DNA from: the human T2T-CHM13v2.0 reference genome, Homo sapiens
Assembly (NCBI RefSeq): GCF_009914755.1
Contig: NC_060925.1
DNA: 64,000 nucleotides
Reading direction: 5' to 3' (one strand)
This document shows, in pieces, positions 59,492 to 64,000 of the stretch. The notes below the pieces were generated by a model, which ran no database searches, was not told the origin of the DNA, and saw nothing but the letters and a program-made list of their open reading frames with translations. Both the position numbers and the translations under genes were made by a program. The stretch's first letter is position 1. The number at the start of each line of letters is the position of its first letter.

Positions 59492-59856
59492 TACTATGGT
59501 TTGACTCGCTCTTCTGAAATTGTGTTGAAATTTAATTGCCATTGTAGCAATGTTAAGAGGTGGGCCCTTTAAGAGGTATTCAGCCCATAAATAGATTAAT
59601 GTCCTTATCATGGGAGTGAGTTTGTTATAAACGGAGGTATTCAGCCCCATCTTGCTCTCTGTCTCTCTCTTGCCCTTCCACCTTCTCCCAAGGGAAGGCA
59701 TAGTCCTTCCACGGTAAGAAGGCTTTTGCCAGATGCCAGCCTCTTGATCTTAGACTTCCCTGCCTCCAGAAACATAAGAAAAAAAAATACTCCCATTGCT
59801 TATATATTATCCAGTCTGTAGTATTTTGTTAAAGCAGCACACAATGGACAAAGACA
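59492..59856 (+). mobile_element. MST MaLR solo LTR (MSTB/C-like)
   Basis: tactatggtttg...gttgaaatttaattgcca...cagatgccagcctcttgatcttagacttccctgcctccagaa...aatggacaaagaca; TSD a(t/a)gag. Confidence 0.9.
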
Positions 59857-60639
59857 AAGAGGAAAGACAGGTGTGTAGTTTGCAAGGTAGCTTAATAAAA
59901 GTGTACTTATAATTGCTTCAGTGTTCTTCTAAAAGGAAGAAAAATGGTCTTCAGTTGAGTGTAATGATTATAGAGTGATGTTAAAGGTTTTGCAAGAGAG
60001 TAGCAGATTGTGGTAGTCAGAAGAGTGAAAAAATTAATAGATTAGAGAAATTAATAATGTTAATTATCCTGTTGATGTTTGAGGTAACATATTTAAATAG
60101 AAAGCACTCTGACATTTATTATTATTATTCTTTAGCCACACTCACCTTCATGGGTACAGGTAGGTGATAAGCAGAACATTGGGTTTATCCAGAGTTGTTA
60201 TCTTGTTAAGAAAGTGCAGTGAAGTAAGAGTGGGGAAGGAGTAGAGAATGTATTCATGAGAGTAGTTTTAATGGTTATTTGTAGAACATCTCAGTAGGTT
60301 TATATACCTGCTTCATCTGTCTAGATAGAATTTCTTAAAGAACAAACTGCTATTATGTAGCTGACTGTCAGGCAAGCTGTGAAGCTCTGTGGAAGAAGAA
60401 AAAAAGTGGCATTTGTAAGAACTGAAAAAGAGGGTTTTGAGCATTGGTTTCTAAATGACTCCAAAATGTTGCCAAAGAGTCAGGCATTGAGGGAAGACAA
60501 ATGAGTGTCTCAATGCATGGTTCTTCATTAGAAATTATATATTGTCTCCAATCAACAAAATAGGGTAGAATTTTTGACGATGTTTGAATGGATATATGGT
60601 AATATAGATAGAAGCCAATATATTATTCACCTTAAGACT

Positions 60640-63400
60640 ATTTGATTATAGGGTCATATGGTAAGTGTCTAACTTAAAAATAAACTGCCATGCTTGTTTC
60701 AAGATTGGCTGTGCCCAGCTCAATTATCTTCAACCACATACAAGAGACTCAGAGCCTCTGCATTCTCACCAGCAGTTGGTATTGTCACTAATTTTTCTTT
60801 TAGCCATTCTAAGATGTGTATAATACCTCTTATCGGGGTTTTAGTTTGCACTTTTCCAAATGTAGTAATTATGAACATATTTTTATGTGTTTATCTTCCA
60901 TCTGTACATATCTTCAGCCAAATGTCAACGTTTATTTTGCCATTCTCTAATTGAATTATTATTATTTTTTACTATTGACTTTAGAGAGTGTTGTGGTCTG
61001 AGTGGTGTACCCACAAAATTTATGTATTGATGCCCTAACCTCCAGTACCTTAAAATATGACTGCATTTAGAGAGTGGAACTTTAAAGAGGTAATTAAGTT
61101 TAATGATGTCATTGGGGTGTGCCATAATCCACTGTGACTGGTATCCTCATTAAATAAGAAACTGGGACACAGATATGGGCAAAGGAAAGACTGTATGAAG
61201 ACAGGGAGAAGTTAGCCATTTACAAGTCAAGGAGAGAGGCCTCAGAAGAAACCATCTCTGCTCACACCTTGATGTTAGATTGCTAGCACACAGGATTGTA
61301 AGAAAATGAATTTATGTTATTTGAGCTACCAGTCTGTAGTAGTTTGTTATGGCAGCCCTAACAAACTAATTCAAAGAGTTTTTAATATACTTTGAATGTC
61401 AAATATGTGATCTACAAATAGTTTATCCTAGACTGTGTCTTGTCTTCTTAATATACTTAAACGTGCTCTTTATGCAGTGTAAAAAAGCATTTAATTTTGA
61501 GGAAGTCAGTTTACATTTAAAAAAATTATTGATTATAATTTTGGTATCATGAGTAAGAATACTTCACCTTGTCCTAGATACTAAAGATTGTTCTCTTATT
61601 TTTTTTCCAAAGTTTTGTTGTGTTTTGCGTTTAAGTCTTATACATCTTGAGTTAATCTTTGAATAAGATGTGAAATTTGGTTGAGTTTCATTGATTTTTT
61701 CTATAAATATCTAATACTATTTGTTGAAAAATCTCTAGTTGTTCTGTTAAGGGGCCTTTTGTATATTTGCCTAAAATCAGTTGACTGTAACCATGTAGGT
61801 CAATTTCTAGCTTCTTTATTCTGTTTCTTTTATCCATGTGTTTATTTATCTGCCAACCACCACATTCTCCAATTTACTAGAGCTATAGTGTCTTAAATTC
61901 ACATGCTCTAATTCTTCCAAATTTATTTTTTCTCAAAATTGTTTTGTCTATGTTAATTTTTTTGGTTTTTCATATAAAAGGTAGATGCAACTTGTTTATA
62001 TCCACAGAGTATTGTTGACATTTTAATATGAATTGCTTAAAAATATAGATCTGTTTAGGGAGAATTGACATTGTTACTAGTTTAAATATTCCAATCCACA
62101 AACATGTATGTCTTCCCATTTATTTAGTTCTTCTTGGATTTACTTCTTTAGACTTGGTTTTTTGACACTCAGATATTGTACATGGTTGTTTATATTTACA
62201 TTTTCTACTTTTTGCAGAGTGAGGACAATTGATAGTGTGATTTTAAATTTGTTTTTTCCAAATTTTTTTTTAGTATTTAGAAAACGTTTTCTATTTGTCG
62301 ACCATGTATCCTGGAACCTTGCTAAACTTATTTATTCTAGAATATTTATGGTAGATGTATTAATATATTCCATATAGGTGAGAATGCCATCTGCAAATGG
62401 GACAGTTTATATTCTGTATACTCTATAACAATTACACTATAATTATTTTTCTTTATTGCTTTGGCAAAGACTTACTGTATGATGAATATAAGTGTCCAAT
62501 ATGTACTATCCTGCCTTATTTCCAACTTTAGAGGGAAAAGTCTCAGGCTTTCTCCAGTAAGTATGATGAAACGGATATTTGTAGATGTACTTCAGCAGCT
62601 TGAGTATATTTTTTCTATTTCTACTTTGTTTAATGTTCATCATAAATGTTATTAAAGTGTATCAAACGTTTTCTACAGTGATTGAAATAATCTTTTTGTA
62701 TCTGTTAATATAATAGATTACATTTATTGATTTTCAAATATTGAAACAGCCTTGTATTCAACTACGAATAAAACTACTTAGGTATTTTTGTTTTTATTAA
62801 ATGCTTCATTCAACTTAGGAATACTTTGTTGAGTATTTTGTATCTAGGTTCATGAGGAATATGACTCAATAGCTTTTTGGCTTTTATTTTTGGTTTTCTG
62901 CTACTATGTTTGTCTGGTTTGGGCATGAGGATAATGCTGGCCTCAAAATAGAATGGAAAGCATTCCCTTCTCTTCTATTTTCTTAAATAGATTGCACATA
63001 ATTTGTGTATTTCTTAAATTATGTGGTAGAATTTGTCTGTAAAACAATCCAGACATGGATATTTCATATTTGAAAGTTTTTAAACTAGTATTATACTTTA
63101 TTTAATAATTATAGGATTATTCAGATGATCTATTACATTTTGGGATGAGATTATGGTTTCCAAGAATCAATCCATTTCATCTAAAATTACAATGTATATG
63201 AGTAAATATTTCTTTATTAATGTTTTAATACGTGTGAGATTTGTTGTGGTATTTCTTCCTTTATTCTTTGATTGTTAATTTATGTTCTCGCTCATGTTTT
63301 TTTGGTCATATTTGCTAGAAGCTTATCAAAAATGTAGCTTTTTTGATTAATTTTCTTCATTATTGTTGTTTTTAATTTTACTGATATCTGCTCTTATCAA
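60640..63400 (-). mobile_element. Old L1M (MB-MD type) ORF2/3' region, split by MLT1
   Basis: cattctcaccagcagttggtattgtc; agggagaattgacat; gccatctgcaaatgggacagttt; aggataatgctggcctcaaaa. Confidence 0.85.
60989..61373 (+). mobile_element. MLT1A/B MaLR solo LTR nested in L1
   Basis: tgttgtggtctga...tttaaagaggtaattaag...aggagagaggcctcagaagaaacc...ttgttatggcagccctaacaaactaattca; TSD (g/a)agag. Confidence 0.92.
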
Positions 63401-64000
63401 GGAACTTGAATTTTCAAGTTCATTAATTAAAAAAAATTGTAAGACAACATTCAACTCTCTTTTGTATAGAGTTTAGAAGAATGTTTTCCATTGAATATTT
63501 TCTATTTTTCTTATTTCTAGCAATATTTTACCCTTCTTCAGACTATCTTCAAGGCACCCTTTTATTTCTGACTTCCTACAATTTTAAATAAAAGTGGTTT
63601 CTCTTTCTTAGCTATTGGAAAATTGTTGTCAGACAACATGCTGAAAGCCACCTAAGTGCAAATTACCTTATATTTCCCTGAGTAATGTTCACAAAATTAA
63701 CCCAGCGAGTTGACTCTATGCATCTGTCTAACAAATAGCGCATTAATCAGCATCCATAGGAGCTTAGCTATGATCCCATCAAAAGAAGGTTAAAACTGGA
63801 TCAAATTCACTAATTTGCTTAGTATATGAGTAACAATTTCCCATGTAACAATGCTACTTAACCCCTCATTCCTGAAATTTCAAACTGTAGATGTGGAAGT
63901 GATTATAAAATACTTTGTATTGATGAATAAGCTCTTATGCAGTTCTCTGGAATTCTGAAATTTCAGGTTAACATAGCTTTTTTTTTTTCTTTCTTCTCTT

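Overview
AT-rich, CpG-poor primate (human-like) genomic DNA, either intergenic or deep intronic. I find no credible protein-coding exon, RNA gene or CpG island; the supplied ORFs are Alu, L1, LTR or microsatellite read-throughs or chance frames. The window is dominated by transposon fossils: 12 Alus, several L1s (two with inversion junctions, one ~4.9 kb L1MA), many L2/MIR remnants, solo LTRs with recognisable target-site duplications (MER66-like, MLT2A, MST, MLT1A/B), DNA transposons (MADE1, MER6, MER20) and microsatellites. Subfamily names come from my recall of consensus sequences and need RepeatMasker/Dfam confirmation; boundaries of old elements are approximate. I cannot support a novel biological system. 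The most unusual structure is an inverted L1 at 11.2-13.2 kb in which ~830 bp of non-L1 DNA, carrying an orphan poly-A, appears to replace part of the L1 inside one candidate TSD pair.
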